DNA from: Isurus oxyrinchus
Taxonomy: Eukaryota
Assembly: GCA_026770705.1 (NCBI GenBank)
Contig: JANJGN010000034.1
Span: 4,216,001-4,280,000 of the forward strand
Length of the DNA stretch: 64,000 nt
Direction: 5' to 3'
Of this stretch, positions 40,901-53,648 are shown one piece after another. Each line of letters starts with the position of its first letter. Position 1 is the stretch's first letter. The notes under the pieces are model-generated. The model saw nothing but the letters and a program-made list of their open reading frames with translations. It was not told where the DNA came from and did not search any database. The translations under genes and the position numbers were made by a program.

Positions 40901-40936
40901 AAATTGACCGACTTGAAAGAGAACTAACAGATGAAA
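40901..40936 (+). CDS. 36-nt phase-1/1 micro-exon; EIDRLERELTDE
   Basis: tatatctgttttcag|AAATTGACCG...GATGAAA|gtgagg; strongly coiled-coil-like peptide. Confidence 0.7.
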
Positions 40937-41559
40937 GTGAGGAAATGCATGGCTGTATGTGTGGTTATTTGAAGTGAATTGGCCCAGTTTTCTCCTGGTC
41001 TACCATTAAACGGGAAGGCCCTTTCATTTATCTTTTACCAATCACAAAGGAAACTGGTGTTCATATCTATCCTGCCCTGTACTGACTCAAGGTTCTGCAA
41101 TAACAAAATTGTTACATTTTGTCCCTTCTCACAACATGCCTCCGTTCCTGGCCCCAACCCAGCTCTGGCATAATCTCCATCTCATAAATAACTTGCGTTT
41201 CCTGTGTTCCTCTAATGCTGGCATCAAAGGCATCTCTGATGCTAAACTCCCCAAGATTATCCTTTGCGTTTTCATCACCCGCAACTTTGCAATTTCTGCC
41301 CTAAACATCTCCACTGTTGAACGATTATCCGTTATTTGTAGATGACATTAGCTCGCCTATACTATTATTTTCTTACGTGGCTCTTTGTCAATTGTAGTCA
41401 CAAAACCCCCTAATGAAACAGTGAGGAGTTTGCACTAGGGGAGTGACAGAGTTATTAAAAAACATATTGCATGTTGCAGTAATGAATCCATTAATTATAC
41501 GAGCGATGATGAGTGCCCAGCCAGAAATTTTCATAGCACTTGACTGAAAATTTGCATTT

Positions 41560-41690
41560 TTCTTTCATCCTTCCTTCCTTTCTTCCATCTTTCCCTTCTT
41601 CCTTCCTGCCTTTCATCCTTTCATCCTTTTTTTCCTTTCTTCCTTCCTTCCTTTCTTTCCTTCTATCTTTCTTTCTTTCTTTCTTTCAAT
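41560..41690. repeat. (TTCC/TTTC)n polypyrimidine tract
   Basis: seen directly. Confidence 0.85.
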
Positions 41691-42123
41691 CTTCTCAAGT
41701 TTCCACTTAACCTACTCGTTATCGATGGAAATTCTTTCAATTTAATATTGCTGAGAGTTGTGAATGTCACGTCACTTCGTAAAGGAGTACGGAAATAACA
41801 TCTTAGCGAAATTAAAAAGTGTAACTAAACATGAAATTAGATTAAAATAAAACATCATCGGTATTGTCACTGTGCATCTCTTCGTCGGAGTAATTGCTCA
41901 GGAATTGTAGTGTTACTTGCAACATGCATTACGAATATTTCTTTACAGCATCATTTACGTAAATGGATGAAATTAACTTCTGATACATCTGAGATCATTT
42001 CAGACTTTCAAGAATGCCATTTCAATAAAACATTTGTATTAATAACTTTGCACGCACACACTCAACCCTGTCAATTCGAATTGAAAACGAATTAATTTTG
42101 TCCATTTTAAATTTTAATTGCAG

Positions 42124-42150
42124 AGGTCTACATTAAGGATCAAAACACAG
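42124..42150 (+). CDS. 27-nt phase-1/1 micro-exon; KVYIKDQNT
   Basis: ttttaattgcag|AGGTCTACATTAAGGATCAAAACACAG|gtaaac. Confidence 0.65.
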
Positions 42151-42559
42151 GTAAACAAAAAAAAAACATGTAAAATAGATTAACTCGAAGAAAGTCCAAA
42201 TCATAGCACCAATCTTTTCTCCCATTCAATGAGAAAATTAATGATATACGTCTCGGCTTTATTTTCAGCTGCCATAGTTCCAAAACTCGTCACACACTTT
42301 CCAAATATTATCAATAGCACAAATTGTCATGCACGGATTGCTGTTTCAGAGAGTGCTTAGTCCACTCTGGCAATTTGATAAATGAGGCAGATTTCCCGGA
42401 GGCTGGAAAAATCCACTCAACTTTGCACTGACAACTAACATTTTTTAACATTAATTTTTAGCTTAGTTCTGACTTATCCAATGATTACCACGCTGCTTCC
42501 GGGTGATGTAGTTAATTTTGTGGCTTGCTTGAGGTGGTTTACTAACCAGATGGGCCGGA

Positions 42560-43400
42560 GAATGGTCTCTGTAAAAGCAAACATTACAGCTCTAAGAGAA
42601 TTTTCAGGCTCCCAAAGTAATTATTACGAAACTCAGTGCGAAAGAATTATGCCATAAAGTCTATGTAGCTATTATATGACATTCGAAAAATGTTGAAATT
42701 CATTTTTAAGAAGTTAAAAAAAACTGACAGTTGGGAACTTTTAGTAGTCAGCAGTGCCAACGTTGTTTTATGAATAACAACACCTTTTTGGTAGACTTTT
42801 TGGAGGGCTCTGTGATTATAGCAAGCAGAGCAGATGAAGGGAAATCATGGAATAGAGTACATTTTGATTTCCAAAAGCTATCCGATAACATGCCGGATTA
42901 CTATCCTCAAAAGTGCCCAAGAACTTGCAGGTTAAATAGTAACATGGACACAGCATTGAGAATGTAACAGGGACCAAAGAATCGAATTAAACTGTGTTTT
43001 CCTTCACTTTGCAAACTGTACTTAGCGTTCTTATGCACACATTAGTATGGGGTATGCAAATATTTGCAAAATATTTTACTGACTTGACGACATCATTCTA
43101 CTGCTTATAAACTTGCTGAAAACACAAAGATAACCAACAAAACAAAGTTTTTAAGAACATATAAAGTGTATACAACGGTTATACGCATTTCAATGAAATG
43201 GAAAATATGAGGTGCAAAATGGTATAAAGTGATGGCACTCATTTTGCGGGAAAGAATACAACGAATAGAATATACTTTCAATGACAAAAGGCTGGAGATT
43301 GATCGGAATATTATGTGTGACAAGCACATGCGTCAACAAAATGTCATGTAAGTTTTAACAATGTGTGGAGCATAGAGTGTTAGCGTAAACTGAAAATTGA
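42560..43400 (+). mobile_element. old CR1 RT remnant
   Basis: LVDFLEG..ADEG..VHFDFQKLSDNMP. Confidence 0.55.
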
Positions 43401-43569
43401 ATGCAACATATAAGTAGGGATAAAGGCAAACTACTGCGGATTCTGGAAATCTGATACAAAATGTTTCCTTCAAACACTCTCGAAACTTTGACTCTGCCTT
43501 TCTCTCCACAGGTTTTGTTAGACCTATTGTTTTGTTCGAACATCTTTCTGTTTTTTCCTGCAGAAGTAG

Positions 43570-44400
43570 GGAAACGTTGATATTAATGCAAAATGCTTTG
43601 TTTTACTAGGTGGCTGAGTGGGATGGGTTGTTGGGGGAGCAGGAGGTATGACTGCTTCTAGATTACTGCACATCCGTTTAGTTACCTTACTTCAAGGGAG
43701 TTGTGTTCTGATTGAATTAGGTTCACACCTTTCTCATTCGATTGACATGACAGAAAATCATGTGAGACTGACAGTGAACTTGAAGGTGGCTGTATTTCCA
43801 AGTTTCTCCAGTCCTTGTCATTTTAGATAATTGACGTGTTAGATTAGAGCATGTTCTTTAAGGAGACTTAGAATTTGCTAAAGTGGATATTTTTATGTGT
43901 TTTGGAGCAACACCACTGTGTTCCTCCTGTGCAAGCAGTGAATTTCCAGCGTGGCAGATTGTATGCCAAAGAAACTGGTTTACATGTCCTGCTTGTGAGG
44001 ATCATGTTGAGATTTATTATTGGAACATCACTGCTCAAAGGAAGTGGTGAGTATTGCTTCAAATTTCCGACATGTGCCTTGTAGATAATGGATTATTTTC
44101 TGTGTTACAACTTGAGCATGACCTCTCATCAGGGCCGCGAGTTTCTGCCATGGGTCTTTGTGAGACTGAATTGCTCATATCACGAGACGAAGGTTCTTGT
44201 GCACATGGAGCACGATGTCCACACGCTATAGTCGGAAGCAGAGTGCAAATTTTGACAGCATAATTTCTATAGCCTTCCAGTTCTGGTGAAAAAAAGTCAG
44301 CTGTTTCTCTACGATTCTTTCCTGATCAGCTGATATTCCCAGTATTTTTATGTTTTTTTTTATTTTCCTGGACTCGTCAAGTGTCACATGTGGCTCTCTT
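43570..44400 (-). mobile_element. decayed second-family LINE 3' fragment
   Basis: reverse complement of 7800-8300-type sequence. Confidence 0.5.
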
Positions 44401-44801
44401 TGCTGCATTCATGTTTAAGGGGCAGGAAACTGGGATTGTTAACCAATAATTAGAATTCAAAGCGAAGAATAAAGCCAAAGGGTGCTTTTCTATTGTGCTA
44501 TCAGGAATTCCGACAGGTAAATTAGATATTAAGGAAATGTTATTTTCAAACAGTGTCAAATGGTCGCAAGAATGCATTCCACAGTTTGAAGGAAAGATAT
44601 ATGTTTTTATGTGTGCTGCAAAATATTGATCAATAAACAAACATGTTGTTTGGTCATAATCTCACCATTGGTTACATGAACTTGCCTTTCATATATTCAC
44701 GTCTGCAAACCAAATCCTACATACAATTCAAAGGATGAAAACAACATTGACTTGCCAGAAAGCAATTTATTTAATTTCTGAGCGTCGGTACATGCAAGCA
44801 A

Positions 44802-44939
44802 NNNNNNNNNNNNNNNNNNNNNNNNNNNNNNNNNNNNNNNNNNNNNNNNNNNNNNNNNNNNNNNNNNNNNNNNNNNNNNNNNNNNNNNNNNNNNNNNNNN
44901 NNNNNNNNNNNNNNNNNNNNNNNNNNNNNNNNNNNNNNN
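44802..44939. other. assembly gap (138 N)
   Basis: run of N. Confidence 1.
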
Positions 44940-45509
44940 GAGCAGCTACTGATCCACTGATAACTTTGTTAATAGTGGACTGGGTTAAGTTCTATTTCGA
45001 ACCAGTCAATCAAAGGCTGTGTAAGTTGATAGCATGCCATTTCGGTTTTGAGGAATGAAGTACGGAATGGATTATTAAAAATGCAAACACACTCGTTTGG
45101 TATTGATTGCGAGACAATGCTATCAAGAAAAAAAAACTCATTGTTACCCTTCTGAAAATGAAAGATCTGAAAGACACAATTGCAAAGCTCGGTGAGAAAA
45201 AAAGCACTGTGTTAATCATACATATTGCACAAATTTTAAGTATCCACTTCAAATATCCAGGTAATTTGATATCCACATTCGTTTGCTGGTGCTTTATTAA
45301 CCAGAACAGCAACAAAAACACGTAGAGACATTTCGAAATAGTATCAAAGTGTGTCTTTGTCCGTAAGGAAAATAACATGCAGGCAAGTAGGTGGTGACAT
45401 TTGACAACAAACAGTATGATCATTGCTTCTTTGCATTGATAAATACAAGTATGGTAAGTGGCATGAAAATGTGCCTTCCTTTTCATTTTCTCACGGAAGT
45501 ATTGTGCGA

Positions 45510-45935
45510 TTGAAAGAGGAGAGGCAGTGGAGAGATTGATAAAACCTGAGAGGTGAGGCAGTCGGGAAATTGAAATTTGTGCTAGAGGAGCTTGAAAACA
45601 GCGTCAGAGGATAGTCTTTCATGGATTTGAAAACTGTTTGAGAGGAGAGGCAGTCGACAGATTGGAAATGGTCCGAGTGCAATGGCACTGGGGAGATTGA
45701 AGACAGCTTGAGTGGAGAGGCATCTGGGAGATTGAAAACTACCTGAAAGGTGAAGCAGTCCAGAGACTAAAAGCAACGTGAAAAGTGAAGAAATCTGGAT
45801 GTTAAAAACAGCATGAGAGAAGTGGCAGGAGGGGGATTAACAAAAAAACTCAGCTGGGGAAGCAGTCAGCAGACGATAACAATTTGACTGGAGAGGCAGT
45901 CAGGAGACTGGATACAACCCGAGGGGAGACACAGT
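45510..45935 (+). repeat. degenerate ~34-35-bp tandem repeat (gagaggcagtcgggagattgaaaacagc..), probably the 5' region of the older CR1
   Basis: gaggcag-like anchors at 45521, 45555, 45647, 45717, 45752; lies directly upstream of the ORF1 remnant. Confidence 0.7.
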
Positions 45936-46099
45936 CTTACCCTGCGGGTCGAGAGGAGTCGGAGCTGCGAAAGAACATACTTTTTGATGACTTAGGCAGA
46001 TTTGAATAATCTGTGAGAGTGAAAACACAGGAAATGAACGACTTCATTTGTTCTTGAGCAGCTATCTTTTTGGATTGTTTTCCAGTGGTGCTTATTTTT

Positions 46100-48818
46100 G
46101 AAAAATAAATTTATAATCAAGAACAGGGAATGTTACAATAATTCGGCACAACAAATGGAGCTGATTTGTGCGTATGGGTGAATAATTTCAACTTTGTACT
46201 AAGGTCCAGTTTATTGTCAGTATTGGAAGACTGAGGTTGAAGTATGTTAAAGTACCTAAAGAAATTGAAAAGTTGAAGTTTAAAGCATTGCAGGGCAGCG
46301 GAACCAAGCCGAAGGCACGTCATGTGGCATTTGGGGAGCCCTGAACACCCAGAATACCGCCTGTGCAGAAAATTCCATCAGCTGAATAAATCAAAGTTTT
46401 GTTTTTCAGAGCTTGACAACCGGCTGGAGTCACTGAGGGGAAACACTGTGGCAAGTTCAGGGAGGTGGTCACACTGCAAGTAAGGGCCAAGCATGCAGAC
46501 AAGGAATGGATGACCGCCAGGTAGTCCAAGAGAAACATGCAAGCAGGCCAGAAGTCTGCTGAGGTACCGCTCACTAATATTTTTTTCCATTCCGGACATC
46601 GGTGAGGGCGAACGATGATTAGAGGAGTGCAGCAAGCGTCAAGATATAGGAAAAAGGCGATGCCCAGCTGTACGACAGGAGGTAAGAGAGCAAGAGGGCA
46701 GCATACATCGCTGAGTTTTTAGTTTGAGGATAGGAAAGACATTGCAGTGAGAGTCCAGATGACATTAGTGTGGTGTGTTGAGTCTCCGGAGTTAGCATCA
46801 AGAATTACGCGGACGGATTGCAGTACATCCTTCTGCGGGAGGTCAAACAGCCAGGCATTATGTTTCGGATTGGTACTAATGGCATTGAAAGGAAGATGGA
46901 AATGTTTCTGCACTCCAAACATAGAGCAGCAGGTAGACAATTTGCAAGTAGGGTCTCCAAAGCAGTAGCCTCCAGTTACTCCCAGTGACATGTGCAAATG
47001 AGTACAGAGTTAGGAAGATAAAACAGAACGATTTGTGGTTTTAAATATAGTGCAGAGAGAGGGCTTAAATTCGTGGTACACTGGAAATGGCGCCGGGCAT
47101 AGGGCGCCAGTAAACGCCAGACGGATTTCACCCGAACAGAGCCAGGGCTGTTTCATTCTGGGCGGTTTCTCTGGTGCTGGTGGGGAGATTTCAGGTAAAT
47201 TCTGCAGTGAACTTTGAACCAGGAGAGAATATCAGGGAGCACATAATTCTGGGAGAGGCAGAAGACAATAAAATTGGGGATAGTAAATTAACAGATGCAT
47301 TTGGAGTAAGTGGACAAGTATTGAAGTCTAAATCAGGATTTTCCTGCAGGGATGGCAAGGCACACAGCAGTGTTAAGAAAAATTGAGACTTTCGGTCCCA
47401 GATGGTCTTTCTAGGATTATGAGGTTCTGGCGATAACGGAGGTGTGGCTTAAGGAAGGATAAATCTGGTTGTTAAATACACTGTTTACAAAATGTTCAGA
47501 GAAGATAGGAAAGGGGAAAAAAGGAGGCGGGGTGGCGTTTGTCTTAAGGTGACCATGGCAGTATTGGGAGAAAGGATGTGTCTGAGTATTCAACAGCAGG
47601 ATCTATTTGCTAGAGGTAATGCATAAGAAGGGTAGAGTCACATTGCTCGCTGTAATGTATAGATCATCAGCTAGTTGGACGGATATCAAAGAACAAATAA
47701 ATAAGGACATTAGAGACAGGTGCAAACATCATAGAGTAGAAATAATAGAGATACACTAATAAATTAATAGATTTGCGCTGGGGTAATGAATGGGTAAAGG
47801 AGACAGAGCGACAAGGGTTAGAAGTTCGTTTTCAGCAGAATTTTGAATAGCAGTTTGTGTCCAGTCCAGCAGCTAATGAGGCAGTGTTAGAACTGGCCCT
47901 TGGGAATGCGACATGCCAAGTTGATCAAGTCACAGCAGTGAAGCATTTAGGGGACGTTATTCATTGTATCATAAGGCTAAGGACGATAGTGGAAAACTTA
48001 ATTTGTCAACCCGGAATCAGAATAATCAAAAACCTGGAGAACAGACTTTCCAAAGGGCAGGAATGGAACTGGGAATGATAGGCTGTAACCATGGTTGGTG
48101 AGAAAAGCAGCAGTTTAACAATGGACTACCATCAATGAAAAGATGATTTGGTCAGAGGCAAGGCATGTTCCTTCAAAATGGAAGGAAAGTACAAACGAAT
48201 CCAAAGCTGCCAGGATGGCACAGGAGATAAAAATTAACATTAAAAAGAATAATTGTGCTTATGACATATTTCAGCTAGCAAATGCAATAGATAATCAAGC
48301 TGAAAACAGAGGGTTCAGGAAGGATGTGAAAAGGCAAATACGTGCAGCAAAGAGGGATTATTAAAAAAAAAACTGGCAGCTAACGTAAAAGGATATCACA
48401 GCGCATTCATAAAGCACATCAATAGTAAAAATATGTTAAAAGGAGTAGGGCTAAATTGGGGCCAAAAGGGTATTTGCGCATAATGGCAAGAGACGTGACT
48501 GAGATGTTGTATAAATACTTTGCATCTGCCTTTTGGAGGCAGTTGCTCTTGAGGACATTGTGGCATAGGAGGGAACTCAGTCACTAGGAGGGTTTAAAAT
48601 TGATAAAGAAGAAGATATTTGATAAGTTGTCGATACTTTAAGTTGATAAGGGACCAGGACAGAATGAGATGCAAGTAAGAACATTGGAGGGAGTGAGAGT
48701 GGAAAGTTCAGGGGTACTGACAGTAATCTTCCAACGATAATTTGATTCGGGGGAAGTGTCAGAGGGCTGTAGATTTGCAAAACATTACGCATTAGTTCAA
48801 GGAGGTTCTAAAGATGAA
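46100..48818 (+). mobile_element. older CR1, 5' part (ORF1 esterase remnant, APE, start of RT)
   Basis: remnants of the esterase region (DGFHPN), ITEVWLK, KKGGGVA, and ends at ..KGSKDE-like sequence. Confidence 0.8.
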
Positions 48819-49117
48819 GTGACTGAAGCATTCTGGTAAAATCATCACAGCCACCGCGACTCAGGAGGGAATCGAGGAGAAGGACTCTTGCACTCAACAG
48901 GAGGAGAGGCATCCAAACAGAGGGCTCAGGTGAGAGGTGACTGAAGCATTCTGGGAAAAGTCATCACAGCCACCACGAGTCAGGAGGGAATCGAGGAGAT
49001 GGACTCTTGCATTCAACAGCAGTAAGGGCATCCAAGAGGAAGCTCAGGTCAGAAGTGACTTGAAGCATTTTGGGAGAAGTCATCGTAGCCATCGCGACTC
49101 AGGAGAGAATCGAGGAA
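48819..49117 (+). repeat. ~2.5 tandem 118-bp monomers at the CR1 5' end
   Basis: gtgact..gaagcatt units start at 48819, 48937, 49055. Confidence 0.9.
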
Positions 49118-52100
49118 GCTGCACAGTCAACGAAAGGAATAGCCACAAACATATATTGCTGCATTCTGTCCATCCCTACCTCCTCCTCAAATCTAAAAGA
49201 AAAAGAGAGAGGAAGAGGCAGTGACTTCAGCAATGCACCAGACCTGCCTTCTGAAAGTGAATTTTAAAGAAAATGCAGCTGATTGGTGAGTAAATCCTGG
49301 GAGCAGAGTCGGAAGGTGGAGTACCAGAGCGTTGACCTCGGGGCACATAATAACTGAAGACAAAACAGAAAAAGTGAAGTCACAGGAAAGTTGTCACCGG
49401 ATTGTTTGGTAGGAAATCTGCATCAAATTTGAAAAAGAAATACTGCAAACCTAATTAATAAATTAATTATCTAAGTAGAGATGGCTGGGCAGTTCATGTG
49501 CTGTAGCTGTATATTGACGGAGTTGGCAGATCCTATTGTGATCTACAGTAACCCCATATTCAGCAAGCATTAGTTGCTCGAGGAACTCCGGCTCAGAGTT
49601 GATGAGCTGGAGTCCAAGCTCTGGATACTGCAGCACATCCAGGAGGAGGAGAGTTACCTGCATGCTCTGTATCAGGAGGTGGTGACAACAGCGAGATTAA
49701 GTACCTCAAGTCCAGCCAGTGGTCAGTTTCAGCGCGTTGTGACAGCAAGTGAGGGAGGTAGAGGGATCTTGTATTCAGGAATAGAGGAGTCTCAGCACAT
49801 GACCTTGTCCAACAGTGTGGATGATGGAAAGGGCTGCAGGGAGGATGAGCCAGCAGAGCACAACACCGTGGCACAGGAGGCCGTTCAAGAGGGGGGTGCA
49901 AAAAGACAACTGGTAGTTGCCGGAGAATCCATAATTAGGGGAAATGATAGCTTTCTTTGTAAGCAGGATCGAGAGTCGCGCATGTGGCCTGCCCAGTGTC
50001 AGGATGATGGACATTTCCGACCCACTTAAAAGGATATTGGAGAGGGAGGGGGATGATGCAGTTGTTGTGGTCCACGTTGGGACAAATAACATAGGTAAGA
50101 CGAGGAAAGAGGAACTGTTTGTGTTTTGTCAGGAACTAGGAAATAAATTAACGGACATGTCCTCAAAGTTTATGATCTGCAGATTACTTCCCAAACCACG
50201 GGAAAATTGGCATTGGGGCGTGAGAATAAGGGAAGTTAACACGTGGCTGAAGGAGTGGTGCAGGAAAGAAGGATTCCATTTCATGGGGCACTGGCATCTG
50301 TATCGGAACATGAGGTATCTGTTCCATTGTGACGGTCTCCACCTGAACCGATCTGCGATCAACATTCTAGTGAAAATGGTAAATAGGGGGGTCAACTTGA
50401 CATTAATCTAGAAAGAAAGTGTGGTGAGTGAGGGGGGGTGGGGAGGTGGGGGGTGGTTAAGGGTAGAACTCCAAGAAGTATGACTAATGCGAAACAAAGT
50501 AGCTGGTTAGCATGTGGAGGGGGTTGGGGGGGGGGGGGGGGTGGGGGGTGCAGTGGTGGATTCAACTTCATGGAAAATTATTAAATAACTGAAAAGAAAG
50601 GAGAGCCCAGGAGAGGCTATTAAAGTATCCAGAACATAAAAATAAGACAGTGTATGTGGAATGGGCTAAGAATCTAACTTCAAGCACATCAGATAAAGGG
50701 ACGACAATGTGAAAGGGTCAGGAAATAGAGGACTGAAGGTGTTGTATCTGAATGCATGCAGTGCACAAAATAAGGTAAACGAGCTTGAGGCGCAGATTGA
50801 AATTGGAAGGTATGATGTGGTGGACATTACGGAGAAATGGCTGCACCTGGATCAGGACTGGGAGCCAAATATACAAGGATATACGTCTTACCGACAAGAT
50901 AGGCAGGTTGGCAGAGGGGGTGGTGTTGCTTTGTTAATAAGAAATTAAGTTAAATCGATAGCAACAAATTCTTTAGGGTCAGATGATGTAGAATCTGTTT
51001 CGGTAGAGTTGTGGAACCGCAAAGCTAAAAAAAAACATAACGGGAGTTACGTGCAGTCCTCCGAAGAGTGATCATGATATGGAGCACAAGATTTACCAGG
51101 TGGTAGAAAAGGATGTAAGAAAAGGACGGTTACAGTGATGATGGAGGTTTTCAATATGCAGGTAGACTGTGAAAAACAAGTTGGTATTGGATCACAAGAA
51201 AAGTAATTTGTGGAATATCTACTAGATGGCTTTTTCGAGCAGCTTGTGGTGGAGCCCACTAGGGAACAGACAATTCTAGATTTAGTGATTTGTAATGAGG
51301 CAGATTTGGAAAGGGAGCTTAAGGTGAAGGAACCATTAGGAGGAAGTGACCATAATATCCTCTAATTTACCATTCAATTTGAGAGTAAAAAGCTAGAATC
51401 AGATTCAACGGTATTACAGTTGGATAAAGACAACTGCAGAGGCATGAGGGAGGAGCTCGCCAGAATTGACAGCGAGATCAGCCTAGCAGGAAAGCCATTG
51501 GAACAGCAATGGCAGCATTTTCTGGGAGCAATTTGGGAGACACAGCAAAAAATCATCCCTAGGAAGAAGAAGCATACTCAAGGGAGGACGAGGCAACAAT
51601 GGCTGACAAGGGAAGTAAGGGACAGCATAAAAGCTAAAGGGAAAGTATACACTATGTCGAAGAGCAGTGGTAAACCAGGGGATTGGGAAGCCTACAAAGA
51701 CCAACAGATGACGAATAAAAAAAGGAATAAGGAGGGAGAAATTAACTATGAGGTTAAACTAGGCAAAAATATACAAAAAAAGGATTGCAAGAGATTTTTT
51801 TGATTTATACAGGGTCATAGAGAGGCAAAAGTGGACAATTGGCCGCTGGTAAATGAGGCTACAGAAGTAGTAGTGGGGAATAAATGAATGATGGAAGAAC
51901 TGAATAGGTGCTTTGCGTCAGTCTTCACAGTGTAAGACACGAGTAACGTCCCCAAAGTTAAAGGGAGTCGGGGGGTAGAGATGAGTATTGTGGCCATTAC
52001 CAAGGAAAAGGTGCTAGGAAAACTGAAAGGTTTGAAGATGGATAAATCACCTGGACCAAATGGTTTACACGCCAGAGTTCTGTACGACATAGCTGAAGAG

Positions 52101-53648
52101 ATAGTGGAGGCATTAGTGGCGACCTTTCAGTAATCATTGGAGCAGGGAGGGTCCCAGAACACTGGAACATAGCTAATTTAACACCACCCCCCCCCCCCCA
52201 CCCGCCCCCTGCCCCTGCTGTTTAAGAAGGTATTCAGCCAAAAGACGGGAAGTTACAGGCCAATTATCCTGATCTCGGTCTTTGGTAAGATTTTAGAGAC
52301 CATTATTAAGATGTGATTTCAGAATACTTGGAAGTGCATGGTAAAATTTTATAGACAGCATGTTTTAATTAAGTGGACGTCATGCCTGACAAATAATTTA
52401 GAATTATTTGAGGAGTTAACCAGTAGGGTAGACAAAGGAGAGACAATTGTTTAAAGCTACTTGGACTTCCAGAAGACCATTGACAAGGTGATGCATAGGA
52501 GGCTGCTCAGTAATTTAAGAGCCAATGGTGTTAGAGGCAAGGGACAAGCACTGATAGAAGATTGGCTGTCTGACAGGAGGCAGAGAGTGGGGATAAGGGT
52601 ATCCTTCTAAGGATGGCGGCCGATGACAATTGTAGTTCCACAGGGGTCAGTGTAGGGACCACAACCTTTTACTTTACACATTAAAGATCTGGATGAAGGA
52701 ACAGAGGGCATCTCGGTTAAGTTTGCAGATGATACAAAAAGAGGAGGAGGGACAGGTAGTATTGAGGAGGTGGGGAGGTTGCAGAACGATTTGTACAGAT
52801 TAGGAGAATGAATAAGATTTGACAGATGGAATACGACCTGTGGAAGTATGAGGTCATGAACTTTGGTAGGAAGAATAGAGGCATAGATTATTTTATAAAT
52901 GGGGAGAGAATTCAGAATTCTGGAGTGCAAAGGGACTTGGGAGTCCTAGTCCAGGACTCTCTTAAGGTTAAATGGCTGATTGATACGGTAGTCAGGAAGG
53001 CAAATGCAATGTTGGCATTTATTTCGAGAGGACTAAAATATAACAACAGGGATGTGCTGCTGAGGCTTTATAAGGCTCTGGTGAGAAAACACTTAGAATA
53101 TTGTGAGCAATTTTGGGCCCCATATCTCAGGAAGTATGTAGTGGCCCTGGAGACGGTCCAGAGGTGATTCACGAGAATGACCCCAGGAATGAAAGGCTTA
53201 ACTCATGAGGAAAGATTGAGGACTCGGGGTCTATACTTGATGGAGTTTAGAAGTATGACGGGGAAACTGATTGAAACTTACAGATTACTGAAGGGTCTGG
53301 AAAGAGTGGACGTTGGGAAGATCTGTCTATTAGTAGGGGAGGCTAGGACCCGAGTGCACAGCCTCAGAGTAAATATACGTCATGTTAGAACAGAAATGAG
53401 GAGAATCTTCTTTAGCCAGAGAGTGGTAAATATATGGAATTGATTGCCACAGAAAGCTGTGGATTACAGCTCATTGAGTGTATTTAAGACCAAAAATAGA
53501 TCGGCTGTTCATTGGTAAGAGGATCAAATGTTACAGGGAGAAGGCGGCAGAATGGGTTTGAGAAACGTATCAGCTATGATTGATTGGTGGAACAGGCTCG
53601 ATGGGCCGAATGGCCTAATTTCTGCATGTATGTCTTATGGTCTTATGG
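48819..53648 (+). mobile_element. near full-length younger CR1 (5' monomers, ORF1 zinc-finger/leucine-zipper + SGNH esterase, ORF2 APE-RT), inactivated
   Basis: ORF1 from ATG 49481 (CCSC..LLEELRLRVDELE; GESIIRG, VHVGTNN, DGLHLN); ORF2 from ~50709 (YLNACS, ITEKWL, GGGVAL, YLDFQK, VPQGSV, KFADDTK, HLEYCEQFWAPYL); 3' end (tcttatgg)x2; many stops and frameshifts. Confidence 0.95.

Noticed and set aside
43425-43560. Strong-looking acceptor ctctccacag
   Set aside because: Part of a decayed Penelope-type terminal repeat; no matching donor.
44735-45058. 107-aa ORF
   Set aside because: Artefact of reading through the N gap.
45510-45935. ~35-bp periodic repeat superficially like a CRISPR array
   Set aside because: Degenerate tandem units without unique spacers, no cas genes, vertebrate context, adjacent to a CR1 ORF1.
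49574-50411. 151-aa and 155-aa ORFs as a host esterase gene
   Set aside because: They are frameshifted halves of CR1 ORF1, directly followed by APE-RT ORF2.
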